The notes beneath the pieces were generated by a model. It saw only the letters and a program-made list of their open reading frames with translations, was not told where the DNA came from and did no database searches. A DNA stretch of 64,000 bases, from contig CM075981.1 in NCBI GenBank assembly GCA_038087875.1, positions 52,824,001 through 52,888,000 of the forward strand. Reading direction: 5' to 3'. Source of the stretch: Malacoraja senta. Lineage: Eukaryota. The translations under genes were made by a program, and so were the position numbers. Below are positions 1-13,015 of this stretch, in pieces (positions within the stretch are counted from its first letter, which is position 1; each line of letters begins with the position of its first letter).

Positions 1-830
1 TCTCTAATTGAAGGTGTGTCCTCGTTAATGAGTTTTATGCAACCTTCAATTAACTGCAGCTTTTTATCTTTTGGCAAAGTGATTACCATGTGTTCGGAGT
101 TAATTGTGACCCCTAGGTAATCAATCTTTTTGCTTGGTAACAATTTAGATTTTTGTAGGTGAATAATGAAACCTAATTTCTCAAAATGTATTTGACTCTG
201 GATACTGACAATTTTGCAGCAGCCAAAGTGTGCCCTACAATGAGGATATCATCTAAATAAGCCATTAATACATGGCCCTCAGCTCTTAACAGAGCTAAAA
301 TTGGTTTGAGCAATTTAGTGAATAATCTTGGTGCTGAAGGCAGACTATTGGGCAATGCTTTAAATTGCCATAACTGACTCATCCATCTAAATTTCAAATA
401 TCTTTGATCATTACCATGCATTGCCATGGAATAATATGCATCTTGCAGATCTATGCTTGCCATGTAGCAATTTTCTGTGATTAGCTGAATTGCATTAGTA
501 AATGTTTCCATTTTGAAATGTTTGTATTGTACATAAAGGTTAAGATTTGTCAGATCCAATATGATTCTACATCCACCATCCTTTTTTGTTCTTGGAAAAA
601 TATTTGATACAAACTGATGGTGTTGTTCTACTGACTTCTCTATTACCCCCTTTTTGGTTAAAGTTTCTAATTCTCCTTTGATCAACTTATTCTCTTCTTT
701 TGAGAAAATTCGTGACCAGTTTGAATTTTCTTGCCTTGGAGGATCCAAATGTGGATAGAACTCAATTTTGAATCCTACAATGCTGTTTAGAATAAATAAA
801 TCATTTGTCTTCCTTACCAGACCAGGACCC
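1..830 (-). pseudogene. DIRS reverse transcriptase (frameshift near 175)
   Basis: ORF 173..1120 carries the RT motifs. The reading continues in another frame as LGFIIHLQKSKLLPSKKIDYLGVTI. Confidence 0.85.
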
Positions 831-836
831 CCTACC

Positions 837-2334
837 TCAGGGTTTGCCACCGGCCATTGTTGTCCCCTTCTGGTAGGCATATTGTAACCTCCACGTATCC
901 CCGGTGCAACACGCCAACGTGTATACGAGAATGATCGACTTGTTCCTTCTCCAGCACCAGCATTCCGCCTGTAGAGATACTGCCTTCGCACTGCTCTGCT
1001 CAGCATTGGTGGTCGCATCATCATACCACTCAGGTTTTTTTTTTTTAATTTTTTTATTTTTAACTCTCCAAACAGCAGATTTAGGCATTTGTATGTTGGT
1101 TGGTTTGCAGAGCCCTGCATACTTAGGATGAATATTTGGTCTTATTGCATTTTTACGAATACAATTTATTTCAAAGTGCGCACCACACATCAGTGCTAAA
1201 GCATCTTGTTGTGAATCTGATACAAAATCATCATCCAATCCTCTGGCAAATGTCGTGATGCCTGACCCCAGCAATTTCAATTCATGTTGCAATTTCAATT
1301 CTTGTGAGCGTAAACCAATGCTCAAATAACCCCATATCAAGTTATTCACTGCTGGACTGTCAGCAATTCACAATTCTCCGAGGCTCATACTGTTTCATAG
1401 TCTCATCCATAGTTACTTCCTGGAGCTGATGGGAGAGTAGATAATTTATAGTCATTGCTATTTCATCCCTCAAAGGTTCCCCTTTTATTCTAGGAACAGC
1501 AAACTTTTGTGCTAGTCCAGGAACTTTCAGCTCTGATAATGGGCTCTCATCCTCATAGAATTCATCTTCTGAATCTAGATGTTCCTCTTCAGGTTGGGTA
1601 AATTCTGGCTCCCCTGTTTCAGGTAAGTCTATGCCAGATTCCCCCTGCACGGGCTCTCTTATAGGCCCACGGATAGGCAGCCCTGTTTCAGGTGCTGCTG
1701 GCGCTGGCTCAACTCTAGGCCAATGCTTCATATTTTTCCCTTTTAGGAACTTTCGGTGCTGGCACATAAGTACGTTTGTACTGTCTTTTTTGAGACGTTT
1801 CTGGTACTGGCTCTTCAGTAGGCCAGCACATATACTGCCTTTTTTCAGGCATTTCTGGCACTGGCTCTCCTGTAGGCCAACCACTGTAATAACTTTGCAC
1901 AGTCATTTCTGATGGTTCTCCTGTAGGCCACCCTTGTGCCTGTCCCAACCAAGGCACACCCTGTGCTGTATCCTCCATTGGCCAACACCGACCTGATTCC
2001 TCCTGTGGGGTTCTTTGTAAATCATTCCCCATCAGGAGGTCTAAACTGGCGACCCTTGCAGCCATAACGTTTTCTGCTGCAGGAGGGTATACCTCCGGCT
2101 CTGACTCATCCAAGTCTACAGGTCGGACCGACTTTTGTCCTGCCTTGCGCCCCGCCACCAGCGGTTTAACGACACATTCGACCGTAACGGGAGTTGATGG
2201 CTTCGATGCCACTGCCTCCTCTTCCTGACGCCCGCTACCCTTAGCATCGGGGGTTTTACCTGCGGTGCGTCCCTGGCCTCTCCTTCCCCTGCACACTTTC
2301 TCCATTCTGAGTTTGTGTGGACCTCTGCCAACAT
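837..2334 (-). pseudogene. DIRS gag-like ORF1, broken by frameshifts
   Basis: Successive minus-strand ORFs 1715..2305, 1360..1884 and 837..1349 lie upstream of and overlap the RT, as in DIRS organisation. They contain repeated WPT(G/E)EP motifs. Confidence 0.6.
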
Positions 2335-2543
2335 GTCTGAGCGGGAAGAAAAGCGCCCTGTAAGTAAAAACGAAACCACTTACCTTGTCCGATTTTTACT
2401 TTAAATTTGCTTTACTCACCGCCTGGAGGAGCTGCTGCTCATCCACACACGGTCATGAACGCTATGTGTCTGATCGATAATGACGCGTGTGCGGCTGGAC
2501 GGGGTCTTCTTCACGTAGTCACTCACGTGACTCCGAAATAAAA

Positions 2544-2802
2544 TCTTGTTCCTCAGTCTCATAATGGCTTCTTTGACTTTCATTAGCACAACTTTGGTCC
2601 TCATGTTCATAAACAGCAATGGTGCCCTGAAATGGGGGAGCTATATATAAACAGAGCTTTAATTTCTACATGGTGAAACCAAAATGTATAAAAAGACCCT
2701 TTAACCACACGTGATTCTTTTAAAATGACAAATCTCAAATTGTGGAGTACAGAGGCAAATAAATAAATGACGGGTCTGTCCCAAACATTATGGAGGGCAC
2801 TG
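2544..2802 (-). mobile_element. Tc1/mariner left end (TIR plus transposase start), interrupted by the DIRS element
   Basis: Reverse complement of the Tc1 at 43324: ends ...cattatggagggcactg followed by TA at 2803-2804, and encodes MRTKVVLMKVKEAIMRLRNK. Confidence 0.9.
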
Positions 2803-3230
2803 TACATGGAATTCAAATAAGTTGCCTTTCATCCCAATGGACTCTACAAGAATGAAATGTGTAATTCAATTACCAAAGTTTGTTATCCTTTAATCTAAAC
2901 TTATCATTTAAACTTAATTGAAATAATTGTGAGCAAAATGGTAACTGTTCATCTTCATGTTTAATATGTGTTTCTGTTTCAATAACAGTTAATGGTGCCA
3001 TGTATTATAAGAGGAGAATATGATAGTTATGGTGTGTTAATCAAGTTATAATGTAACTGGTTATGTTCATTTCTTACGTGAAACCTTAAGATGAAAAGTC
3101 ATTCTAGATTCTTAAGTATAAAATGCTTTAAGGCCATCTGCTAAAGGACATGTTTATCATGTGTGAAAATGTCGTGTCCTTGCATTTCTAATTAAATGTT
3201 TCAAAATTCAGCATTGTTATTCTTTTACAG

Positions 3231-3379
3231 ATTACCTGCTATCTAATAATCACGTAAATTCTATTATTGTGCACAAGTTTGACTTCTCTGATGAGGAAAT
3301 CATGGCATATTATATTTCTTTTTTGAAAACTCTTTCTCTTAAACTCAACAATCATACTGTGCACTTTTTTTACAATGAG
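3231..3379 (+). CDS. CLEC16A: CLEC16A coding exon (human exon 4 equivalent), 149 nt
   Basis: ttttacag|AT...GAG|gtaaga. Encodes YLLSNNHVNSIIVHKFDFSDEEIMAYYISFLKTLSLKLNNHTVHFFYNE, the FPL-domain region of CLEC16A/GOP-1/Ema. Confidence 0.97.
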
Positions 3380-3937
3380 GTAAGACAATATTCAATTTAT
3401 TTATTTTGTTAAAAAAAAAGAGCTTTTATTTCAACCTTTAGGCATATGTAGGAACTCGGTGATTTCAGTCACAACTTAATTTTAATTTTTTATCTATGTC
3501 ATTTTAATCTTACACATTTCTGTTACCAGAAATAATGCATATAGGCATAAACATTTGACCCTTGTGCCACCCTTGTCCAGTATTACATCCTGAAAGTTAT
3601 TTTTCATCCAGAATCGGATGTTTACAATGGATTTATCTAAGGCTTAATTAAATGGCCTTTAGTAGGTCAATGAAATTGTGTTTGAGGGTTTTTTTCAATC
3701 GAAGAACGTCTAACCGTTTCAGTTGTAACACCTATATTATGTTAAATAAGATTCTGTACGATACCTCCATTCAGTGAGGAAAGACTGAAAAAGTTTATAC
3801 AACTCTTTGTATTAGTAATGCAACCACTTCACAGGTGCATTATTAAAAGTGTAATATTGATACTGGGCAACATTATTTGGGTTGGTCACTGAAGGTCTAG
3901 TAAAAGGGGATAGCTTTACACAGGGCGGTGCAGGCCT

Positions 3938-4120
3938 ATTCTCTGGATACTTTCAAGAGAGAGCTAGATAGGGCTCTTAAAGATAGCGGAGTCAGGGGAT
4001 ATGGGGAGAAGGCAGGAACAGGGTACTGATTGTGGATGATCAGCCATGATCACATTGAATGGTGGTGCTGGGTCGAAGGGCCGAATGGCATACTCCTGCA
4101 CCTATTGTCTATTGTCTATT
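3938..4120 (+). mobile_element. CR1 LINE 3' fragment
   Basis: Same 3' end as the long CR1 copies (gatcagccatgatc...gaagggccgaatgg...ctcctgcaccta) with a (ctattgt)n tail. Confidence 0.85.
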
Positions 4121-5349
4121 ATGGAGAGCAGAGTGAGGGAGGCCTACCGATGATAACTCGGCATTTATGAAGGTTTCAGCAGCAGATCAACTGATGCAAG
4201 ATGTAGTTGGGGATAATTCTAGAAATGGAAATGAGCAATTTTTAGAGATGGTGTGGTTGTGAGGTCAAGTATTGAAAGGGGATTGTGGGCAATCAGGTTC
4301 CTCTTCAGACCAGGAGAGGAATTAAAATCTGGGAAGCAGAATTTTGTGACTCGGACAACACTAACTTGGATCATCCCAACATTTCGATGGAAGCATTTTG
4401 AAGATATACAACAATAATGATCAATTATATAACTATAAAAATCTTCTTTTATTGGGAGGGGGGGGGGGGGATTTCTGAAACATTTTAAACAACATTTAAA
4501 AGACAAAAAATGTGAAGTTATAAAGCTTTTTTTTAACTATTTGCTCTTGTTGTCCTTTTCTCCTTCAATACTAATGAAAACTACAGATTGTTTTGCCTAT
4601 TCTCTTGTATAGCGTGGATGTGGGTCACAAATTAGATCCAGCTGCTCTGCTATGTGTTGATCCTTGGGAACATCTTCTACCCAACTCATGTTCAAAATGC
4701 ATTGCTTTGTTGCAAATTAATGGTGTAGATTTTATATGTCAGGCTGTTACATGAAGAGAAATTGAGATATGGAACCATTTCAAATGGTGTAAATAAGTAA
4801 TGATTTGATTAACCACACAAGGAATATTCATTGATGGGCTATGGTTTTGTTATGCAGCCTGTCTTTATTTAGTCTGAAGTAAACCATGCCACCCAGCAGA
4901 GGTCGCCATAACACTGTTGAGAGAAATGAAACCTCCACTTAGAATGCTACAAAACTATTTTCAAATGCGCTGATTGCAGAGGCTAAGCGTGTTGGTTGGT
5001 TTAGATTATCATTTGTGTTCTTCCATAGATGCTGTTGGAACATTAAGGGAAGAATGAAAGAAATGGCTCGTTCTTTGCTTCTAGAGGAGAAACATTTTTT
5101 TAAGTTTGCACTCCATGATTTTGTTTCTTTCCATACTCAAATGTTTATACTTTCTAAATTTGCTTTTTTTTAAAACTCCTGTTATTCTGGGAACATTTAA
5201 TACATTTCATGAGTCCCAGAGATTGAGTGTCATCGGTTCAAACTGCTTAATAATGGAAAACTAAATAAAATCATAGCAATATTTATTACTTTGTAGGTAA
5301 TGTCTGGTTGACATGCTGGCTAAATTCTTATTGTCTCTCATAATTCTAG

Positions 5350-5455
5350 CACACTAATGACTTTGCCCTGTACACGGAGGCAATTAAATTTTTCAACCAC
5401 CCAGAGAGCATGGTCAGAATTGCTGTCAGAACAATCACCCTTAATGTGTATAAAG
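5350..5455 (+). CDS. CLEC16A: CLEC16A coding exon (exon 5 equivalent), 106 nt
   Basis: ttctag|CAC...AAAG|gtgagt. Encodes [35 protein letters not shown]. Confidence 0.97.
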
Positions 5456-5716
5456 GTGAGTACTGCACAATGCAGTCATAAATGATGCCTATTATTGCCA
5501 TTGGTGAATGTTTGCAAGACTGATAGAAACCGTGTCATGGTAAGGTGAGAGAGATTTTGTTGTTTGAGGTTTGATCTTAGCATTGGTTAAGATGTTTGCT
5601 TTAAAACATTGAATATTTTTTAGTTAGATCCTACTCGTAGTCTAAATGATTTGCCATTCAAGAATGGAAGGTTGTTCTATTTGTAGAGAAAATGAATAAT
5701 GTAATTGTAAAACTTT

Positions 5717-6550
5717 TAGAATCATAGAGTCACTGCCCTTTGGTCCACCATGTCTGTGCTAGTCAGCAATCAACTATCTATAGTCACCCCATTTTCCAGT
5801 ACATGGCCTGGAACCATGCATTTGATGGTGCTGCACATGCTCATCAAAATACTTAAATGTTGTGAACGTTCTGCCTCCATTACTCTAGAAGGCATGGGTT
5901 CTTTGTTTCAATGGTCCTCTGTGTGGAAAAACGTTCTTCCTCAAATCCCTCTCATTCCACAAACCTCAATTTTGAACAAATATCTTCTGATCATAGGTAA
6001 CTCTGCTAGGGTGAAATGTTTTTCACCCTACTTTCTCAGCCCTTCACAGGTTTGTACTCCTCTATCAGGTTGTGGAATACAGAATTATGAAGGGGGTGCA
6101 CAGCGAGAAATCAACCTGTCAGCTTTCATTGACCCAAGGAAAACAAATGCAGCTTATCCAGTCCTTCTTGGGGCTGAAATGTTCCATCCCAGGCAACCCC
6201 CTGGTGAGCCTCCTCTGTATACTCCCTATTTTAAACACATCCTTCCTACCGCGTGGTAATGAGAACACCACGCTGTGACTTACTTATATTTTATATTGTT
6301 GTATCTCCCTGCTCTTAGACTCCATGCCCCTGAATGATGAAGGCAGGTATCCAATCTGCCTCTTTAATCACTTTACCTATCTGTGCTGCCGCCTTCAAGG
6401 ATCCTTGTACATATACATCAAAGTTCTCAGTATTTCTTAACATTCAAGGTGTATATCCTACCTATATTAGTCCTCCCAAAGTGTAAAGCGTCATGTTTTT
6501 CAAGATACAGTGCCATCTGCTTCTTCAATGCCCATCTTCTCAACAGTTCA
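5717..6550 (-). mobile_element. Degraded CR1 LINE 3' portion
   Basis: Starts with a tagaatcatagag tail and continues as decayed reverse complement of the CR1 RT C-terminus. Confidence 0.6.
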
Positions 6551-7519
6551 GAACCTGTTCAGGGACAGGGAATTTAATGGGATTTGAAGAACACTTTTTC
6601 CATACAAAGAATGGCTGAAACCAAGAACCCACTGCGCTCTATGGTGATGGAGGCATTTAAAATTAGTTTTAGTTAAGAAATACAGCGTAGAAACAGGGCC
6701 TTCTGCCCACTGAGTCCACGCCGACCATTGATCACCCATATACACTAGTTCCATGTACTATGTAGATGAGGAATTACCCAAGTTGAAGAACTCGCTCATG
6801 ATGGGCCTGTAACCAAAATATAAATACATACAGAGCAGTGTTTTTAAAGGTGCATCTAAAGAGCTACAGTGAAATTTGTATAATCTGCCATACATCTATT
6901 TGGAAATCCTGATGGATTGGCATGTGGAACAGCGGTTGAAATTCATTCCGCTTCCTTTCCACTTAGCAAGGCCCATTGTTGCCTGCACTCTCTTTTTAAC
7001 TACATGTTCTACAGAAAAAAAAATGTTAATACTATAGTTATAAATATTGGAGAGTGCTACATAAGTGAAGTTTAGCAGTGTGGTTGAGATATATGGAGAC
7101 CTGTACATTTCATAAAATCTCCGGGTATATTTTTAGTCAGAACTGAGTGATGTAAATGCAAAATGTAGAATCAATTTTCCAGAATTAATGTTGCCCATTT
7201 TAGAAAGAACAAGTATACTTTCTTTGTTTCCCATCATCCCTTAAAAGTAAACAAAGGTTTGGTCCTTGGAATATTTATAGACACATTACTTGTTTTACCG
7301 TGGGCCCTTTTTTTTTAACACATTCCCTGTGGAAACTTTTTTTGCTGATCAGCTGTTGTAAAACTTCTGCTAACCTGCAATGTGTTTTAGTTCTGTGTGC
7401 TTCATGTTACAGCTAGGCTCTGTCTTCTAGAGGATGCCACGCTCTCCCGAGTTCTTGTCCTATTAACTGTTGTATTTTTGTCCTTTCTTCAATGATGATC
7501 CCAATGTTCCACACTCCAG

Positions 7520-7525
7520 TGTCAT
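7520..7525 (+). CDS. CLEC16A: CLEC16A 6-nt microexon (exon 6 equivalent), TGTCAT
   Basis: ctccag|TGTCAT|gtaagt with a perfect donor, phase 1-1. It converts YK-V-DNQ to YK-VSL-DNQ, matching human YKVSLDNQ as I recall it. Confidence 0.9.
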
Positions 7526-8677
7526 GTAAGTTGATTAACATATTCATCTTTTATCTGTTATCTGCTTCTAGGTGCGCAGTTTGTGAGAATCTTTGCCTAT
7601 CTAATCATTAGGATTGTTGTCCTTTGCATCAGATAAGCTAATATTCTGAACTTTGTGATAAATAAACAGAGATAGATGTATTACAGGGAAATATGCCTGT
7701 GCTTTTCATTGGAGACTGACATACAGATACACTTAACAATTCGTTTTGTCAGGGACCTTTAATTAGAAAGAATGCATTTGGGAAATGGGGCCACTGAACA
7801 TTTCATTAATATTGTTGCAAAAATGAATACCAATGCATGATTGTTTTTTTCATGTTTGGCAATGAGGGACAATTGTCCATTCTGATTCAGGAATGGTTTC
7901 TAAATTTGCCAAATATGATAGGTAAAAGTGTGGGTCTATCATCGATTTTCTCTTGGTTCTTAATACATGTCAAATAACGTATGAGACTGTCCATAATTTT
8001 TCCTTGACCTTGTCTAACTGTCAAATGTTCTTATAGTATAGAATAAAACTAATGGTCCGAAGACTATTTTCACCAGAAAGCTTACACTGACTTTTAAGGT
8101 GACATTGTGCTAAATTTTACTCTTTCAAAAACTCATCTACTTGAATTTTCCTGAGAAATGCTGGCAGACCCGGCTTTAATTATTAGAACTTGTGGAGTTC
8201 TGTTTTCAAAGTTCTTGCTGTGATGTTGAACTCCTCGAGTGCAGAATCAACCTCTTGTTCATTCCCAGTAGTTATACTGAGCAATCCACTTGCTAAACCT
8301 GCAGCAGATTTAACAATTCTGTCAATCTAAATGGAGAGGAATGGGTGTGAAGATTTTGGGTAAATTAGATTTTTTTTAAATTAACTGAATTAATTTGATT
8401 TTCTTAGCCAATTAAAATACTGAAATATTTATTTTAAAATATTTTAAAACAATATTTAGATATTTTTAAATGTCATGCACTCACAAATATTAAAGTAATT
8501 TGTCAGTCGGATCATCTCTTGGGCATTGTTGAACCGACTGTCAAAGCATTGCTGTGGGATTTATAATTTACCAATCCAATTGGACCCAATTTGGGAACCA
8601 AATTTCTGCTTAAAGATCTACACCAGTTAACTGCTGTCCCATTCGATCGAGGAGCAGTGACCAAGGGGATTCTAAAC

Positions 8678-8940
8678 CTATGAATGAATGTTTATTGGTC
8701 AAGTATTCACACACAAGGAATTTGCCTTGGTGCTCTGCCCACAAGTGACAACATGACATACAGTGACAGTTAGGAATGATACATAAAATATTAAACATTA
8801 ATAATAAAACATTATTGATTAGACATGTGAATTAAATAAAATACCAGGGCAAAAGGAGGCTACAGATTTTTGGTTATTGAGTAGAGCTACTACTCGTGGA
8901 GGAAAAAAACTCTTTATATCTGGCTGTGGCAGCTTTGAAC
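8678..8940 (-). mobile_element. LINE (Rex1/L2-type) 3' UTR fragment
   Basis: An (atga)n tail followed by tttatt (poly-A signal on the minus strand) and UTR-like sequence. Confidence 0.45.
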
Positions 8941-10159
8941 CTTGAATGGTGACAAACCAGTGATGACACAGAAACATTTGTTCAGATGATACAGAAAATC
9001 TAAAATCCAATTTAAGACAAAAGTTCAAAAGATCATATTTTAATAACTGAGCGAGCTTTGTTCTATATTTTGAAATGTACTGTTATGTGGCTAGACTGGT
9101 TGTGGTTCTAATCAGTGACGATCCCAAGAATGTTATTGGTCAGGGAATTCAGCAACGATAATGCCATTACATGCTGGCTCGAAGGGCTGAATGGCCTACT
9201 CCTGCACCTATTGTCTATTGTCATGTCACGGGTTGGTGATTGGAATTTCTCTCGTTGGAATTAATCTGGCTGGCACTAGTCCAGAGTGAATGTAATTTGC
9301 CACTCACCAGCCCAAACCAGAATGTAATCCAGGTTATGCTTTGTATGAGTATCAGCTACAACATTACCTATGCTGCGCATGGAGGTCAAATTCAGCAATG
9401 AGCAGCCAACAGCTGCACTTCTTATGTTATGACAGAGGGAAAATCATTGATAAGGAAACTACAGATTTTGTACCTGGACAAGCACCTTGATCAAACCCTA
9501 CAATCATGTTTTGAGACTAAGACTGAGTTGATTTGCATTCCACAACCACAGCCTTCTTCCTTTTTTTTGTTGAATATAGCTATAGTTAGTGAAAGATTCT
9601 ACTCCAGGTTGTCACTTAAATCTTTTGTACTAGGGGTCCTTGATGCCACATTGAAAAGCTGCCATGATGTAAAGGCCACTCATTCTCTCCTCGTGGCTAG
9701 AATTCTTGCCATATAAATATTGTGGAAACAAGGAAAGATTTAAAGACCTTGTTGGAAGTAACGCATCTCATGACTTCCCAAATCTTTATAGCATCTGCAT
9801 GCCTCAAACTGGAGCATAATAGAATTAAGTACAGATGCAACACCATTTGAATTACTTAGCCTTTGAAACAAAGTTGTCCACGCCATCATTGTTTACATTT
9901 GCTCCTTTCAGTGCAGCCACAATGGGTGCCATCTACTAAATACCACCAACAAAACACCAACACATCTGAACAGTATCTTCCAAATACACAAGCACTAGCA
10001 TCTAAAAGGTAAAGGCAGCAGGTGGTTGTGAACAGGATTAACTCATAATTTATTCCTCCTATTTGCCACCAAGATTTGGGAAATACATTTCTTCATCCTT
10101 GTTAGATCTAAGCCCTACTGTGAAATTATGTACACCATAAGTGCTATCATGGTTCATGA

Positions 10160-10388
10160 AGGTAGACTCAAAATGCTGGAGTAACTCAACAGGAAAGGCA
10201 GCATCTCTGGATAGAAGGAACAGGTAACGTTTCTGGTTGAACCATTTCAACCAGTCTGAAGAAGGGTCACGACCACGGTCACGACCCATTCATTCTACCC
10301 AGAGATGCTGCCTGTCCTGTTGAGTTACTCCAGCATTTTGTGTCTATCTTTGGTGTAAACCATTATTTGCAGTTCCTTCCTAAACATA
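10160..10388. mobile_element. Palindromic Penelope-tail insertion with 11-bp TSD
   Basis: Inverted arms (aaaatgctggagtaactcaacagg...cctgttgagttactccagcatttt). TSD atggttcatga at 10149-10159 and 10389-10399. Degenerate ctgaagaagggtc core. Confidence 0.85.
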
Positions 10389-11309
10389 ATGGTTCATGAG
10401 GTAGCTTGTTGCCTCGTCTGCAAATAGGGAAATAAAATCGCCTTTGCCATATCTTGCAAATGGAAAAAAAAAATGCACAGGCAGGAAATAAATGTGTAAC
10501 CTCGTATGAATTAGGGACCACATAAATTGTTTGAATCCATTGTAATATTGAGGGCGATCTAAGCCAATTTTACAAATCAAAACTATCACTCGATACACAT
10601 TTTTTATTAAACAACAGAAATTTAATTGCTGATGCAGGAAATCTATACATAAAAATAAAAGATATGCTGGAAATTTACAGCAGGTCAGGCATCTATTTGG
10701 GAAGAAAAAGAGTTTCCAGTCAAGATTGAAGGGTCTTTGTCTTGAAATTTTCCCACAGATGAGGCTTGACCTGATCAGTTCAATTTTTATTTTGCGTTGA
10801 TATATTGCCTAATGCCTGCTATTTTGTTGTTGCATTAGTCTGTTCAAAATCCACATTTATAATCTCTTTTAATTTATAATTTACAATTACGATTTCAATC
10901 CTTATATTTTATCAATCTTGAGTAAAATGACAGCTTTAAAATTGATGATAAAAATCAAGTGATTACTACATTGTATTGCCAAATCAATTGTCAACTGTTA
11001 AATGTACAGTAAAGTGCTGCCAATCTATATAATCTAAATGATAAATAACTGCCTCCTGTTAGACAAATACAACTAAATGGTTTAAAACTTTCAAATGGTA
11101 TTTCAATAAAGGCTTGAATAAAGTTTGCTCGATCAAAGTCCTGTTGTGAAATTATATACACTATTAGTACTGTGATAGCTCGGATATCATTTTACTACTT
11201 CAAGCTTTCAATGTACAATATTATTAAATGTTCCAGATGTTTGACAAGAATAAAGCTTCAGTTGTGCTTTCTCTAACCAGAAGTCATATTCTGCTTTTCA
11301 TATGAACAG

Positions 11310-11433
11310 TGGATAACCAGCTTATGTTGCACTACATCAGGGACAAAACAGCAGTTCCCTATTTCTCCAATTTGGTTTGGTTTATTGGAAGCCATGTGAT
11401 TGAATTGGACAACTGCGTACAAACAGATGAAGA
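11310..11433 (+). CDS. CLEC16A: CLEC16A coding exon (exon 7 equivalent), 124 nt
   Basis: aacag|TG GAT AAC CAG...GAA GA|gtaagt. Encodes DNQLMLHYIRDKTAVPYFSNLVWFIGSHVIELDNCVQTDE. Confidence 0.97.
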
Positions 11434-12364
11434 GTAAGTTTCCAAACTTGGAATTCTTGGCAAAATGTTTTGCAAGCTTTGCCAACTGTATTGTGAAATA
11501 TAGCTAATTGACATTATGCACATGCAAGCATGTTGTTTCTTAAGATGTGAAATTTTTATTGCCAAATTTATAATTTGCACTTGAAATATCAGTTTTTTTA
11601 AATCAGAACCATTTTTGAAAGCCAAACGTAGAACCCTCATGAGTTACACATAATGTATGTGTAAAATAAATATTGAGAAGGCAGTTTTAAACACTCAATA
11701 GATAGTGGTTTTAAGCTTCAGTCTCTGCCTTCTCTTACATTTATGATATCTAGAGATTGAATATATTAACAGAGGTTCTTCATTATATTAGGAAATCTTT
11801 TTCATTGAGGCTAAATACCCATTTCTATTCTGCTAGTAATCTATCATTTGAAATGTGTGCATATTTTATTTTATTAAAATTGCCATTTTTCATTGAATCT
11901 TAATTTTGCTGATTCTTTATATTTCCTTACAATTTAATATTATAACACAGTCCAAATTAATATAAAATGATGCTTAAAGCAGATGATTGCTGTCTTCTTT
12001 TATTCAGAATCATTCTATAGATTCTGTCATAATGATTTGTATTTATGACATTGTAAGTATGTTTTGTTAATCTACCGTGACAATCCTTATGTTTTGTTAA
12101 TCTTCTATGACAACTCTAGCAGCAATACAAAAATCCATTGATTGATGTTATTTAGCTCTGCATTACTACATGTCTGTTTTATTACTGTACTAAAATAGTC
12201 TATGTTAAATATACATCAGTAAATGCAAATGAGCTAAGTATTCCATGAACATGAACAAGTTTGGCTTTTTGTTAGGACAATGGAATTTTTTTAATTTTGG
12301 GTTTCCAAAATGTGATGGTTGGATCACATTTAGAAATAACATTTATTTGTTAGAATAACAAATA

Positions 12365-13015
12365 AAGTCGTAGAGCCAAACATCATCCCTTGAAGTATGT
12401 TCTAGACTTTAATCACTCTTTCACTGGAAAAATTCTTCCACCATTCTCTAAATCTGCCTTTTACCATGAGCCTATGCCATCTAATTTTGGGCACCTCTTC
12501 TATGGGGAATAATTTCCTGCTGTTTACCCTATGCATGCCTCTCATAATTGTGTATACCTCAATCAGATCCCCTCACAGCCTCCTTTGCTCCAAGGGAAAT
12601 CAAACCCAGCCTTTCCATTCTCTGCTCATATCCAAAATGATCTATCCTGGTGCATCTACTGTGTTCTCTCTTCAGTACAAATGTGTTCTTCCTAGAGTGT
12701 ATCAACCAGAACCATAATTCAGCTGTTGCCTGAGCAATATTTTATAAAGCTGTACCATTACCTGCATTTATGTTATATGTCCCTGTTAATGAAAGCTGTG
12801 CACCTCACCACCTTACCTACCAGTGTAGACAATTTTAGGACCTGCAGCTTTACTGTTTGTTGTGTGTGTGTGTCCTTTTTGATCCTTCCAAGGTACATCA
12901 TCTGCACTCATTAGTATTAAATTCCATCTTCTTTTGTTCTGCCCATTATACAAACTGTCAATATCATCCTGTAGCTCAAGACTGCCCTCGTTGCTCTCCA
13001 CAACACAAGCAATCC
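12365..13015 (-). mobile_element. Degraded CR1 LINE fragment
   Basis: Minus-strand remnants such as ELQDDIDSL and decayed CR1 3' sequence. Confidence 0.55.

Larger units (their letters stand above)
1..2543 (-). mobile_element. DIRS-type (tyrosine-recombinase) retrotransposon, 5' part (leader, gag-like ORF, RT); continues beyond the window start
   Basis: Minus-strand RT motifs typical of DIRS (FPRTKKDGGCRIILDLTNLN, HFKMET, SIDLQDAYY, SAPRLFTK, YLDDILI) lie downstream of a frameshifted gag-like region. The element ends abruptly against a Tc1 fragment at about 2543. Confidence 0.85.

Noticed and set aside
10160-10388. Classical MITE or pre-miRNA interpretation of the palindromes
   Set aside because: The arms match the tail of a coding Penelope element, the TSDs are long and variable, and the ends are asymmetric. 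A miRNA cannot be supported without small-RNA data.
12044-12115. Short tandem duplication of tatgttttgttaatct...tgacaa
   Set aside because: Two copies of a ~29-bp unit, consistent with ordinary slippage and not an array.
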